Shown here: positions 23,091 to 37,509 of the stretch, piece after piece | Numbering within the stretch: the stretch's first letter is position 1 | Layout of the letters: each line of letters opens with the position of its first letter | NCBI RefSeq assembly: GCF_964355755.1 | Contig: NC_092677.1 | Location: forward strand, 1,572,101 to 1,636,100 | Source of the DNA: Antedon mediterranea | Taxonomy: Eukaryota > Animalia > Echinodermata | Length of the DNA: 64,000 nt | Direction of reading: 5' to 3' | The notes under the pieces: model-generated | The model's database searches: none | Told to the model about the DNA's origin: nothing | The model's input: the letters and a program-made list of their open reading frames with translations, nothing else | Translations under genes and position numbers: made by a program

Positions 23091-23709
23091 AGAGAGAGAA
23101 AATAAATATAGTTTAATTTAAAATGTACAAAGAGAACATATCCAAACAATTAGACTAAATAGAACAACCTGTATTCAACAGCTTAGAAAACGGAAATCAC
23201 AATGATAACTAACCAAACAACTTAGAAATAACGTATTACTCAGACATGAGTATATTTTGTGGCTACCTAACTGAATAAACCAATAGTCGTAATATTATAG
23301 TTACGATTCTAAAAGATTACATTTTCCTACACGATAATGAACTAGTCCACCCCCGAACCTCGTTCTATGTTTATATGTAGGCTATTGTTACACGTAAGCT
23401 TCCAACTTTAGAAATTGCTTACTGTTAGGCCAAATCATTATGTCTCATGTGCATTTTTTATGTTTTTGCGTTGTTATTAAAATTAATACATGGGACTTTT
23501 GAATGTGCATTAGCTTTGTTTCGTTTCGCCTTTATTTTCGCAATAACTGTATAATAATGAAATGATATAAAATAATAATTCGATATTTTTATTAGTAATA
23601 ATCTTTGACGATGCAGCTAGAATTTTTCTAAAAAGATCATATAAAATAATTCTTAAATAAAAATAATGTTCTTTTAAAGCAAAACAATCTTACCTTCATT
23701 TAAAGGCAA

Positions 23710-24172
23710 AAAATCCAATCAATATCCAATAGTAATACATTCACAGGCAAACTGGTAAAATAAAATCCAATTAATATATCCACAAGCAAACTGTTAAAAT
23801 AAAATCCAATTAATATCCAATAGTAATACATTCACAGGCAAACTGGTAAAATAAAATCCAAGTAATATATCCACAAGCAAACTGGTTAAATAAAATCCAA
23901 GTAATACATCCATAGGCAAACTGGTAAAATAAAATCCAAGTAATATATCCATAGGCAAACTGGTAAGATAAAATCCAAGTAATATATCCATAGGCAAACT
24001 GGTAAAATAAAATCCAAGTAATATATCCACAAGCAAACTGGTAAAATAAAATCCAAGTAATACATCCATAGGCAAACTGGTAAAATAAAATCCAAGTAAT
24101 ATATCCATAGGCAAACTGGTAAAATAAAATCAAAGTAATATATCCATAGGCAAACTGGTTAAATAAAATCCA
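23710..24172. repeat. 39-bp minisatellite (~11-12 copies)
   Basis: Unit GGCAAACTGGTAAAATAAAATCCAAGTAATATATCCATA; paralog 57295-57695. Confidence 0.92.
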
Positions 24173-24904
24173 ATATATCCATTGGGTTCACCGGCAAACT
24201 GGTAAGGTAACATAAAAAGTAGTATATCCACCGGTAAAATGGTATAATATTGGCTTCTTGAATCCATTGACAAATCCACATACAAATTGTGAATAAAACA
24301 GACAGGCCGCTTAAATTACTATACCAACACACACAACTGGTAAGTAAATCTTAGTATTTAATTGTAGAAACCCTCACTGCTACAAATCATATTATAATAC
24401 AATCTTACTGAGCATAACTTGAATCGAAGTACTGTACCGCTTGTTGGTCCTCTTGATTATGCTTACTGAAAATAACAAGGTAGACATCTGTTTATGCAAA
24501 TGAACAACGCAGTTCGAATACTATAAAGTATGTTAACCTGAGAAACACTGGATTCTCTGTATATAAACGTTTGATGTGCAATGATCGTTTTCCAGTTTGT
24601 CTGCGGCCTTTTGCGGAAGATCGAAAATTATAGAGAAATCATGGTACACGCAGGATGGTCCACTATGATGAGGAAGGCATCGCCAAGACCTTCAACAATA
24701 ATTAAAAACCTTTCTGACCTTTGATCCGAAATTCATAAACACCCTAGACCCCAAGTAGACATTAACTTATTATTTTAAGGGTATTGTATCTTAAAATAGT
24801 AAACTACACTTTCGGTACCCAATAAATTGTCTGGGGTGTCTCCTGAATTGGGGATGGCCGTAAAATGTATTTGGAGGAAAGTGTCTTGACAGTGTTTGAT
24901 AGAG

Positions 24905-25348
24905 AATAGGGGTGTCCCTATAATAGGATGTCTCTTTAATATAGGTGTCATTTTAATAGGGTGTCCCTTTAATAGGTGTGTGCTTTTATTAGGGTGTCCC
25001 CTTAATCGGGTATCCCTTTAATAGGGGTGTGCCTTTAATATGGGTGTATTTTTAATAAATGTCATTTTAATAGGAGTGTCCCTTTAATAGGAGTGCCCCT
25101 TTAATAGGGGTGTCCCTTTAATAGGGGGTGTCCCTTTAATAAGGGGTGTCCCTTTAATAGAGGGTGTCCCTTTAATAGGGGGTGTTCCTTTAATAAGGGG
25201 TGTCCCTTTAATAAGGGGTGTCCCTTTAATAAGGGGTGTCCCTTTAATAGAGGTGTCCTTTTAATAGGGGGTGTCCCTTTAATAAGGGGTGTCCTTTTAA
25301 TAAGGGGTGTCCCTTTAATAATGGTGTCCCAAAGGAGGGCTTCTACTG
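24905..25348. repeat. ~17-19-bp GGGGTGTCCCTTTAATA tandem repeat, probably internal to a non-autonomous element
   Basis: >20 degenerate units, ending GGAGGGCTTCTACTG; related array at ~59515-59825. Confidence 0.8.
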
Positions 25349-26235
25349 CACTAGCACATTGGCACTAGAAAGTTCCTGAGTGTTCTCACATTGATACATT
25401 CAAGAAAGTCAGGAGAGTGTACCGACTAGGTACATTTATAAATAAACCAGGAAAGACATTTCAGATAGCACGCGATACCGAATAAGAACTATTTTATTTG
25501 TTATATACGGTTATTTTTGGTTTAGTTGTTATAATTGGCATAAAGTGTCTTTTGTAAATGTGTCAAGGACAACGATCCACATGATACCTTATGAAAACAA
25601 CAACAACAACGTTCATGTTTATTTATCACTAATTTCACAACAGTGTAATGGGGGACCAACTTGAAATGTAACAGTACAGTTGGTGTTTATTATTTCATTT
25701 TGATTATACAAATTTAATTATTCATGGATATTATATAAATATGTCAACGCTTTCATATTTTGCAAGCATAGTCTTGTCTTGTCTTTATTAATCTGAAAAA
25801 AAAAAACAAACAGAAATGCATTTTCACTGGAAAATGTCTTAATAAGTAAACATATATTACTACACAAGTAGTATTCAAGATTGCTTTCTTATGCTATTTT
25901 GTTAACTAAATGGAGTCCGGAACACATTAGCCTAATTCAAATAGTACCACAAATGTCTTGCAAGAGGCACTCAAAACAGACATTATAGCAAAGCAATTTG
26001 TTAGATTGCCGGATTGCCTTGAGCATTGTAGCTTGGTTTATAATCGATGTGTACAGTGGATGTATTTTGTCTTACAAATCATATCAGGATTGTGACTTGT
26101 CTGTGCAGTTGAGCGCGTTCTAACAAACACATTGTTGACTATATGAATCTACTTTAACAATAAGCCTAACTAGTTACTATAGAAAGGGATGTGTGTAAGA
26201 AATTGACGTATGACAACTAGGCCTCCAGTTAAGAA

Positions 26236-29200
26236 ATGTTTCCAGAAAATAAAGATATCTGTTTGGTTAGCATCCTCCTTCAAGGTAAGTACAGAGTGAG
26301 TGACCAACTATACTACGACAACACAACACCTTTAGTTAGCTGTAGCCACTATTCTTTGTTAGATTAATAAATGGGGTAGAATTTTGGAAACTGAGCATTA
26401 CTGTATATTGACACTACTGTTATGCTTTAATTACTCGGTACCGTTCACTTTATTTAACCATCGTCGTGCACAACCTCCTGCCCGGATCTCCCCTACTGTA
26501 CAAATACCTCGTATATTTAAACCAACTCACAGGTGGAAAATATGCAAATATGTCATTGCGTACACAAAGAGTAAACGACGTCACAACATACGCCCACCCT
26601 ACAAAAATTGACGCCTGTCAAATCTACATGTCTAGCATTATATAATTCTAATATACTTTGTTTTTAACATTTTATTATTATTTCAACATACGCATTATCC
26701 AATTCTAATATACTTTGTTTTAACATTTTTTTTTCTCAACATTATAATAAACAATTAGATACCGTACATTTGCGCTAATACATTAATAGTAATTTGATTG
26801 GTCGTCATCTTTACACCACATAATATTATGATCCATTTACATTAAACCTTGTAATTCGGTAATTGTCATCAGTTTTATTTATAGACAATAAATATCACAA
26901 CATACGCCCACCGAGAAATTAAATTACATTAATCAAACCATGATAGAACAATAGTCAGATGGATAATACCACCAATCATAACTCATTTTTAACATGTCAC
27001 ATATTTGTCTTCCACCACTTGTTATGCTTAAGCAATAAATACGCAACACATTTAATTACTCGGTACCGTTCACTTTATTTAACCATCGTGCACAACCTCC
27101 TGTCCGACGATTTTTTTTCGTACATAAGTTGGGGACCCCCTGTGAAAGATAACCGAACTACTTCCTAAATATAACTAAACCTAACCCTCTAAATAATCTC
27201 TCTCACTATAAAGTAAAAGAAGTAGCTCATGGGAGTCGAACCCCATAGCCTACATTGACATGTAAAATCCATAGTCTTATCCACTCGACTACACAGACGG
27301 CTCGACAGAAATCGTTTGTATTAGCGAATTGTAGTTAGCTCAATTCTTACGTCACACCATATGGATATGACTAATAAATATTTATTTATTTTTGTGACGT
27401 TTCACGAGGGGTCCTCAACTTAAAGTACGAAAAGAAATATCGCGCCGGAACTCCCCTACTGTACAAATACCTCGTCTATTTAAACCAACTCACAGGTGGA
27501 AAATATGCAAATATGTCATTGCGTACAAAAAGAGTAAATGACGTCACAACACTACTACTACAGATTACACATCATCTTAATATGTGTATAGGGTTAAATC
27601 TTTCACGGAATGTTCACTATTTTTTGTTATGCAAGACCTGCTATGAAAATCCTCAAATAGCTGCCTAAATATATTCCACGAGTGTTTTTCTACCTTTTTT
27701 TTCAATTTTGCTCCTATAAAATATATCCTTTAGAATTGTTTTTTTTTTTTGCTCTCCTAAGTTTTCTGCGTATTATTATAAAAGTGTTCATCTTTGTGCA
27801 AGATGAATAGTTTTGGATACATTTTGCAATAATATTTTGTTTTTAATTTAGTTTTATTCTGCATTTGTTATGGAGTGTCTGTAAATATCAACAACTTAGA
27901 TGATGTACACGAAGGCCCTGACACAATAATGACATGTGCATATACAAGAGATAGTAGTACTAGTTCAAGTGACCCTATTGTAACATGGAATAAAATCATA
28001 GACGGGGTAGCAGATAAAATATCAGCAACTCAGAGTGGATCTACAATCATAGAACCTTCGTACCAAGATAGATTTGACGTTGATAGAGATGATGATAGAA
28101 TTCTTGTGATTACTAACTCTTTGAAAAATGACAGCGGCATATATCAATGTGAAGTTGTTATACTTGATGATCCACCAGTGGATGATGATACTGTAACATT
28201 AAATGTGATATGTACGTATAGGTAAAATTCAAATATGTATACACAGATCAGACGGTAAAACCTGATTCTTCTTTTGTTATTATTTCTTAATATATTTTGT
28301 TCACATTATATTATTAGTATCTATATATATATATATATTCGGTAAATCGCGCGAAACTTCTAGCATTTTTACACTATGGTATATAAATTGGTACATAATG
28401 TCAATACTGATTTTTAACACCTAATGAAAACCATAATTCACTTATTATGTTAAGTTAGATAATTAGTTATTGACAATTAAAACGAATTTAGGTTCAACGA
28501 TTTGCCCCAATTAGGGGTGTTTTTCAATCTAATAATGGTAAAAAGTAGGGCCTTTTTAAAATGAATATAACTCTTCAGAATGCACGATGACCCCTAAGTT
28601 TTTAAACTTATTCGGGAAGCCATTGAGTTTAAATTGAATTTAAAAATTAGGATTTTTTCCGTTTTGTGTAGGTTATCACATTCAATAGAGTGCATCTCCG
28701 CTATATAAGCTCGATTCTCGCACAAATTTCAGTGTGTGCTTGCTTAATTATTTATCTTTCTCATAAGTTGTAAGTGTTTTCATTTTTGATGACGTCATCA
28801 CGCGTAAAAACTTGAATAACCTAGGTCGTGTAATTTCGCCTTCGCCGTAAATGTGAATATCTTACAGCTCTTCAGAATTGGAGGTTACCTTGATGATTAT
28901 AATTTATTATGAAAGCGGATGAAATGTAGATATGAATTAATATAAAAACCAAGCCTATCGGATGTTGTGACGTTAACATATGGCCAGATGAAGTTAAAAA
29001 GTATTTTTTTCATCTTTTTCGTCAAAGTTATACAAATTTCAAAGAGCGCGCACAGCGCTTCTACGTGCCAGATTCTCTTCCAATTCTTATATTTATTTGC
29101 TCAATTCAATATCTTTCGAAATTGTCATCTTTGAGTTTATTTTGATAATTCCATCATACCAAAAAATTAGAACATGATGTGTGTCCCGTAATTTCACCTA

Positions 29201-32200
29201 TGCTACACTGTATATAGATATACAGTATATACTGTACATATTGTATATGGCATATAGTAGGCACAACTCAGAACTATAAGCGTATGCATCATGTCATATC
29301 ATGGCGTACATCAACTTTTTACGATCGTATGTTAACGTACATGCATGTTTAAAAAGTGTTAATTTCATTAAAATGATAAAAATGATCACCTATAATTCGT
29401 CAAAGTGACGAATTAAATTCTAGTTTAAAATTGTTCCTCTTTGTACCCATCTTCTTCCTCAACCCTCAACCATAATGTTACATACAAAACACAAATTGGG
29501 TTTGTTTAAATGAGCCCAAATGTAGACTAATTGTATGACAAGTTTCTCTTTCGGAAGTAAGACTAATTCCCAGGGTGTTAATTTTAGTTGACTACATAAA
29601 TCATCGTGTCTATTTATTCCTTTCTGTAAACGATAATCTATTATAGTCCTGCGGTACGTACATTTGAAATCGCCATTTTTCTTTACGCTGGAATTACTGT
29701 GTATTCGAGAACCACTAGATGATACGCTCGCTTCGCTCGCGTACCATCTAGTTACAATAAAGTTGTAAAATATTTCAATTTCATAGTACTGTATTTATTT
29801 TTGGAATGGAAAAATATTGTTTAGGCCTATATTCGCAAGAACGGTACCCAATGTATTCCTTGTTTTATTTCAGTGCGGAATGACTGTTCCAATCACGCTT
29901 GTTCTAATGGAGGTGTTTGTACCCCGTCTTCTAGTTCTACAGGATACACGTGTTCTTGTGCAGCATGTTTCTTTGGACAATTTTGTAGATATGCCATTAC
30001 CGGCGGTAAAGTATTGTAGATAACAAGCCGAACTATACATTAAGCCTTTTTAATAATCAATAAAGTATATAAAACTAGATTTGTTTAAGTTTGCTTAAGT
30101 CGTACGTTAGAATACAAATTAAAATGTTTTACTGGAACATTATGTGAAAATACAAGTTTAATTCATGAACCTTACAGTATAAATTCATTTTTGTAACTCA
30201 AATACATTCATTTAATACTACCAGGGTCAAGTCCTTGCTCCAACGACGTATGTCAGAATGGAGGTATATGTACTGGTTTTTCCTGTACTTTCTCCCCATG
30301 TATCTGTAGCCTACAACATGTTTTAGTGGATCATTCTGTGAAACTTGTAAGTTCTATATCTGTCTACTTGCCTTTAAGACAGTTCAAATATAAAATTAAT
30401 GCATTTTCAGTATAAAAACATTTTTTGTAACTCAAAACCCTGGAAATAATTTTCCAACCATGTAGCTAAAATGACGTACATTTTCCTGTTAGTTTAACAT
30501 TGTACATTCAGACATAACATTAACATGAATTATTCCTTATATATATATATATATATATACAGAATATAGAACTGCTAATGCAAAAATAAAATAAATAAAA
30601 ACTTGATAATATATATGTTGCTTATGTTTATGAAATATTTTTATGTTGACATCCAACAATGTACATATTAAATAAATTAATTAAAATTCACACATAACTG
30701 AAAATCAATTGTGATTATACAGGTTTAATTATATCATAGCTAGGCCTACATATTAACGCCGGATTCTGCCAAAATAGGAAAAGACAATTAATTCAGCAAC
30801 GCGACAACGTTCTTTACCAAAACTAAGCCCTAGAAAATGTTCGACGCGAGCTACTTAGGTAGTGCATTGTTTTTTCTTTTTAAATTTTTTAATTATTAAA
30901 AAATAGAACGCACCTTTAAGACAAGAAATGACCTGGTTTAATGTTTTTAAAGTTGTATGCATTATTTTTACAAAACGTCAAAAATTGCAGGTCTCAGTGT
31001 CTTTAACAACATCAAGAGAAAAGAGTACAGTAAATTAGATCTGCACGCCCTCTATAGTTCTTGTCTTAACCTAATAGGAAAAAAATAATTCGTCAAGGCC
31101 AGCTAAATCCTCCAATAATTGTCCAGTATAAATGTAACTCGGATGAATTAATTTATTATTATCAGTGTTAAATGCTTGCTCCAACAACAACGGTTGTCAG
31201 AATGGAGCTGTTTGTGTCCAGGTTTCTGGTTCCTGTACAGAATACACGTGTACCTGTCCATCATGTATTAGTGGAACATTCTGTGAAATTGGTAAGTGTG
31301 TGTCTCCTTGTTTTTTTTTCACAGTTATCATACAAATTCAGGTATTTTACAGAATAAAAGTATTTTTATAACTCCAATAGTGCACATTCATTATTTATCA
31401 TCATTATTGTTATCATTATCATGTTTACTGGAACGTACTGTGAAAAAAAAGTTATATATATGTCTGAGGTCAAATAAATGAAGCATGTTACAGTCTATAC
31501 TTACGACGCCACATTTTTTAACTTTTTTCTGTAATCTGAATATTTTCTTCCTATCTATTATACTAGTAATGGATGCTTGTTCCAGCCATGTTTGTCAGAA
31601 TGGCGCTACTTGCAACCATCTTTCCTGCACAGCATACACATGTATCTGTCCAGCTTACTACATTGGAACATTTTGTGAAACTTGTAAGTTCTATTTTTGT
31701 TTTTTTTACAAATTATTGTTTTGGTACGTTAAAGATGAAAATGTTTTAGATTAACTCTTCATCTTTCCCCTAATTATTTGTACCATTGCAGTCATAAACA
31801 TTCATTATTTATTTTTTAACACAACTATAACTGTTCTAAACTTGTATTCAATTAAGCTATAGCTTGAATCATTCATCGTCCAAGGTTAGGTCGAGAAAAT
31901 AGGTTAAAAAACAGCGCTTCTTTTTATTACATTTCAAAACATTTATTTCTCTTTTATTTCTATGTACAAAGTTTGTGGTGATAGATTAACTATATAAAAG
32001 CCGGGAAACCCAAAAACCGAGAACTTTTTGAGGGCGCCTCGCGGAGTAGAACAGTTATTTGCACAATACATGTGTTAACAGCCTTGTGTGACAAAATATC
32101 GATAGAAAAAGCTGAACGTTCAATATAGTCAGTTGTTGAATCCTAATATTTCCAAACAAGAATTTAAAAATATTCGAGTGTTAGACGGTGATTCCAGCTC

Positions 32201-32893
32201 ATGTATTATAGGTATTAAACACAACTGAAAATAGTTTATTTTTTACCAATATTAAGTCAAATTGCCGTCCAGAACACAGATGTAATGTTTATGGTCTACA
32301 GTAATAATTTATGGATCTATCTAAGAAAAGTAAAGGCAGCAGCAGTAGTTCTCGACAATTTTTTTCTAAACAGATTTAGGTCAGACTTCAGATGACTCAA
32401 CGAGCCTTGTTATAGTATTGGTGGTTATCGGAACAGTCATTGGCATTATTTTCATTTTAATTTGCTATTTGATCAGAAAAATTAAATCAAATTCACAGGT
32501 AAGATACAATAAACAATTAGATTATAGGGAAGATTGTATTGAGATGTATAATATTGAATATAAACTCAATACTGTTTATGTGTAATTGATTTTAATTGAT
32601 AACAATCAAACAGGGGTTATTTTAATGCTATTTTAACTATTTACAAGAGTTTACTTAATGTATACTTATTATCTACCACATGGTATTATCAACATTACAA
32701 ATCATAATTATAAACGATTTTTGTCATACAGGAACATATCCACTACCACCGTCATTTATTAAAACAATTAGGAAGTTCTTGTATAAGCTTTTGAAATGTT
32801 GTTTATTCTTTTTAGGTACCTGCTTCTATCGGTGAGAATCAGGACAGTATTCATGAATACGATGACATAGAGATACCAGTTGTATATTCATGA
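26236..32893 (+). CDS. Gene A2: V-Ig + 3-4 EGF + TM + short Tyr tail; one EGF exon is frameshifted (pseudogene unless skipped)
   Basis: Leader 26236-26284; V 27852-28211; EGF 29874-~30005 (normal donor deleted, in-phase GTAAAG alternative); EGF 30225-30346 (122 nt, frameshift); EGF 31166-31291; EGF 31567-31683; TM 32374-32498 (STSLVIVLVVIGTVIGIIFILICYLIRKIK); terminal 32816-32893 (VPASIGENQDSIHEYDDIEIPVVYS*). Confidence 0.65.
27107..27443. mobile_element. TIR element related to 62730-63625, inserted in one copy of a local duplication
   Basis: CGATTTTTTTTTCGTACATAAGTTGGGGACCCC ... GGGGTCCTCAACTTAAAGTACGAAAAGAAATATCGC; uninterrupted flank at ~26430-26587. Confidence 0.7.
28320..29751 (+). mobile_element. 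Non-autonomous Helitron
   Basis: Starts A|TC, ends in hairpin CTAGATGATACGCTCGCTTCGCTCGCGTACCATCTAG|T, no TSD; absent from the equivalent V-EGF1 intron of A1, A3, A4. Confidence 0.8.
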
Positions 32894-32963
32894 ATACGAT
32901 GACATAGAGATACCAGTTGTATATTCATGAATACGATGACATAGAGATACCAGTTGTATATTC
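32848..32963. repeat. 37-bp triplication inside the A2 terminal exon
   Basis: TCATGAATACGATGACATAGAGATACCAGTTGTATAT at 32851, 32888, 32925. Confidence 0.9.
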
Positions 32964-34130
32964 GAATCAAATTCATCAAATAGAAACCTAAATTGTGTTG
33001 AAATAGACTTTTTAAATGTATTTATTATATTTTATTTATTCATTTAAATGAGATTAAAAGTAGGTTTTGAGATTGTTTATGGGATTCTCAAAACCGGACA
33101 ATCGGCTGGTCAAAATGTATAGTTGGCATAGGTATCACATAATAATAATCTTATTGTATTTATCTATTGTAGTTCGGTTTTTGGTTATCAATTTATTTGT
33201 TGCAATGAATAAAAACAACGTTTTTCAGCGGCCTTTATTAATTATTGTTTAATTGTTTAATATAATACTGTTAATATAAACAGTGATATATGAATCTTGT
33301 CAATATTTTGACAATCATGTTTAGTATACTATTTTTATATTGGCCTACAGTATGATATTTTAATTTAGGTGTTTGGAATTTGTGTCACCGCTGCGGCTGT
33401 TTTGTTTGCTTTTTTCTCGATATTTTTTTAATAAAATATAAAAAAATAACATATAAAAAACAAGAACAAGATACAAATAACGATATTACTATAAACACTT
33501 AATAATTCATTTTTGTTGATTATTTGAACAACGTGGCTATCTCATTTTAAGGACATCACTTAGTAATTTTACATGGCTAACAATCGCTAAAAACAAAAAT
33601 AGAAATGTGCACATTTCTGTTTAGAATATTGTTACGACCAAAATAAATTTGCATGACCTGACGCTTGGAGGGGTTCAGGGCAAGTTTATTGTTGATTGAC
33701 CAATCAGACAGTTTATCAAGTTGGGAATGGATTAAACTCTGATATTTGAGAGACCTAATTTCTCCGAGTGTCAGGTCATCGACATATTTGCAAACATGGA
33801 AGTCATTAATATGATTTTGAATATAATAATAATAAAAAATTTGACTAATTCTTGTACTACATTTGTTAGTTTGTTAATAATTAAACGATAAAAAAGTGTA
33901 TTAATTGATTCAATCAGTTAGAGTACTGTACATATAGCACGAGCGAAGTAAAAATAACAATATCTATCCAATATAAGTCGAAAGGGCAAAATACACTAAA
34001 ACACGAAAAGAGGAACAAACTACATTTCAGCATACAAAAAAGCTAGAGAAAATTGTGAAATAGTTTTAGAATTCGTCTAGTACTACCTTAGGAAAAGTTT
34101 TTTAAAGATTTGCTCATTTACGGATTTGTA

Positions 34131-37100
34131 ATGGAGGCAAAGTATACCTGTGTGTTAATTCTGCTGATTCTTCAACCTTGTAACCGTAAGTAAAAATACT
34201 GAAATTATTTATTTGTCCACAGAAATATTAATAATAATCAAAGGTCAAGAAAATAGTTAATTAATTAATTGATTTAATTTATCAATAAATTGTTTAATTT
34301 AGTTTCAGGTACAACTTCCCAAAAACTAGTGAAAGCAAATGCTAGTAGAGTCAACGTTGGTGAAGGTGCAACAATAACGTGTTATACACTTTTCTCACTT
34401 CTACGTGACAAGCAACAAATGGTTGATGCAGTTTGTCCAATGATAATCTGTAATGTAAGACACGATACAGGCAACTATATTTGAGTTAATATTATAGGAG
34501 AGTACATTTGGAATTGTAAGTATTAGTAGCTGTGATAATTTGTTTTCTCATTTGTTTTAATTTATTACAAATTCGTTTATAATTAGGAAATCCATGACAA
34601 AACCGTGAGATTTGATTTACATAAAACATTTTTGTGCGATGTGTTTGTTGTTTATTTATATTGATAATGTGATATATTTTTTAATGTATTACATTTCTCA
34701 CTAATTATTTTTTAATTTATTTTTTTTTTTTTTAAGCGAAAACTTCGTTTTCTGTCTGTCTGACAATATCCAGAGACAAACTGATAAGTCAATCCGATAG
34801 ATAGGTCCAAATCCAAATAATATATCCATAAACTGATCCAAACAATACATCAATGGACAATCTTGTTCAACACGCCTCAATCCAACAACAAAACTCATCA
34901 TTGTCGATTAACATAAATCTGTAGCCACACAAAACTGGTTAATACATCCAAGAAAATTGTGAAATCTTGATCTCTTGTGTTTTAATTCACATAGGCCTAG
35001 TATTAATCTTATATACTGAACAAACTAACGTATTTCTCTTTTCTATTACAATTTAGAAGAACAGATTAAACCAAGCACCTGTTTATGCAAATTAGCGTAG
35101 TTAGAATTCTATACAATATGTGGCGTGTTCTGTAGATATTTCCTCAATGTGATTGATTACAATCTTAATAATAATAATAATAATAAATAATATATTTATA
35201 CAGGATAAAACAATCAGATAACAGTGTATCTGTTTTACATTGTGGTCCTATCTTAATCAAAATATACAAAAGAGAAACTTAATTAAATATAATACAGTTT
35301 TTATGAAAAGAAATGAGATTTGTATCTAGCCTTAAAGGACGTAATTGTTGGTGCCGATTTAATATTAATTGGTAAACTGTTCCATATTTTTGCGCCTGCA
35401 ACTTTAAAGGACGAATTCATTTTACTAAGGGTGTATTTAGGTATTGTTACATTCAAATTTCCTACTCCACGTGTTAAGTGGGTGTGAATATCGCGAATCA
35501 ATTCAATTTCATTTACTAATCTAATTGGTGCAAGGCCGTAAACACATTTATACATATAGACATGCTAGGGAGAAATCTCATTTCTCTTCAAGAGTTTGCC
35601 ACGATAGGTTCTGGATGATGTTGTCACCCCTTACATTAATATAATTGAAGTTGTTAGTTACAATTCGAGCAGCTCTTTTTTGATGTCTGATATTTTTGTT
35701 TAACTCTGTCGTATTTCCCCAGACTGTTATAGCATAATCACTACAAGGCTGAATTGTACTTATATATAGAGTTTCAAGTAACGGTTTACTTAAACTACTA
35801 GCCATTTTACCTAGCATTGTTATTTTATATCCAATATTTTTAATAATACGTTGATTATTGAGTATTATAATAACTGATGTTACAAAGGAAGATGAAGGCA
35901 CCCATTGTTGTAACGTTAGCACTGTATAAATCACGATTTGTATTTTTATCGATTAGCTCAACTTGGCCGAATGGAAGATTAGTGAACATACATTTAAAAG
36001 TTAAGTCTTTAAATTTGATTGAACCTGAGGTGCATTTTATCAACTTCAATTTCAGAAACTTTATGACAATCCATCTATGAAATATCCTAATGATTTAATC
36101 ATATTCGATACTATGCCAAATACAAAATCTTATGAATGATCTTATGAAAATTATAAGTTTGTAAAATGTATTTAATTATAAATGAAGAAAGAATAAATGA
36201 CACACACACTAAAAATGCAACAACAAAAAATGTTTCGTGCCTTTTGACAATTAATAGGCAAGTATAAAAAGAAAAAAAATGGCATGTCATTCTCGCAAAT
36301 GTTCTCAATGTACTTATATAAAGTACAAGATTACGTAGGGCAAATATCTGACCAATTACTCCAATTGCTGACGCAAAGCTAGCCACAATAGTTAAATAGA
36401 ATTATATTACTATTCCTTGTTTATTTTCTACTTATTTAGCTTTGACGACGACAACTTCAATATCCAGCAAGTCAACTAAAGGTACGTTTTGCCAACCTAG
36501 TCATTGTTCATTATATTATTTCATTGTTTGTATGCAAAAATATTAGAATGATAATTATAGGTGAAAACGTTTAAATTATTATTAAGTTTGGGGCTCAAAT
36601 GATAAATCGCCATGACAACACTGATACTAAACAAGAACAATTATTGTTCAGTTTTAAGTTCTACAGAAGTTCCAAAGATTGAGGGCGTTTGTAATTCAGC
36701 AGGTCTTGTTGTTGGAATGACGTTTGTTGGTGTGCTCATTGGATTCATTGTTGGTTTGCTTATGGGTTTTATTATCAGCAAAATAAGGAAGTCAAATGCA
36801 CAGGTAAACAAAGTTTCACAAATAAATTTAATCAACTGAAAAGCAAATTATTGAAAAAACACTGGATATGACTGGATAGCGTGACAACATTATTATCATT
36901 GCCAGCACGATATGAATTGACATTAAATTATTATTGGACTTTTTTTCTGATTTTCTAAAGGTAGGCCTACCTAAACCAAAAAATCAGGGGTAAGAAAATA
37001 TATATCATATAGTTTCACCATTAATATCGTTTAGTATTCTTAACATCATCTTCGTCTTTAAGAATTATTATAATCATTACTATGTTATTGTTTCTGCAAT

Positions 37101-37213
37101 TAAATAACTTTTGTATATTCATCATGCAGTCGTATATGACATATCGGACAAGACGAAATAGACCATACGTACCAAGATTTGCAGAAGAAAGCCAACAATG
37201 AAGTTAAAAAATA
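34131..37213 (+). pseudogene. Degenerate Ig + S/T stalk + TM + Tyr-tail receptor gene
   Basis: Leader 34131-34185 (MEAKYTCVLILLILQPCN); internally deleted Ig exon 34303-34515 (VGEGATITC...DTGNYI*); S/T exon 36440-36481 (LTTTTSISSKSTK); intact TM exon 36652-36803; micro-exon 36961-36989; tail ~37130-37213 (HTYQDLQKKANNEVKK*). Confidence 0.7.
35167..35860 (-). mobile_element. 5'-truncated LINE (CR1/L2-like) 3' fragment
   Basis: ORFs 35578..35934 and 35301..35555 carry ORF2 C-terminal motifs (LYISTIQP..DYAITVWG..QKRAARIV; SSFKVAGAKIWNSLP..IKSA..FK); (ATT)n tail at ~35167-35190. Confidence 0.8.
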
Positions 37214-37509
37214 AATATATATTCACATTTAATAATAACAAAATAAACTATTTTCTCCTCTTTTATAATGTCTTTATCTTTCACATTCAGTGTTTTAATA
37301 TTTAGCATGAGCTTCATGTTATTGCTTTCCGTATTTCTTAATGTAATAGGAATAATTTCAAATCTATATTTTGCAATGTGAATAAAATCGATTGATTTTT
37401 AATGCGATATATATTTTTTTTTTTTTTTTATTTTTTATTAGTAATTCTTTTTTCTTTAATCTATTATTTTTTAAAAAAGAAGCAAAAACTTACGTTTTCT
37501 GTCAGGAAA

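Noticed and set aside
23794-24133. Hydrophobic repeat ORFs (also 57256-57709)
   Set aside because: Translations of the 39-bp minisatellite
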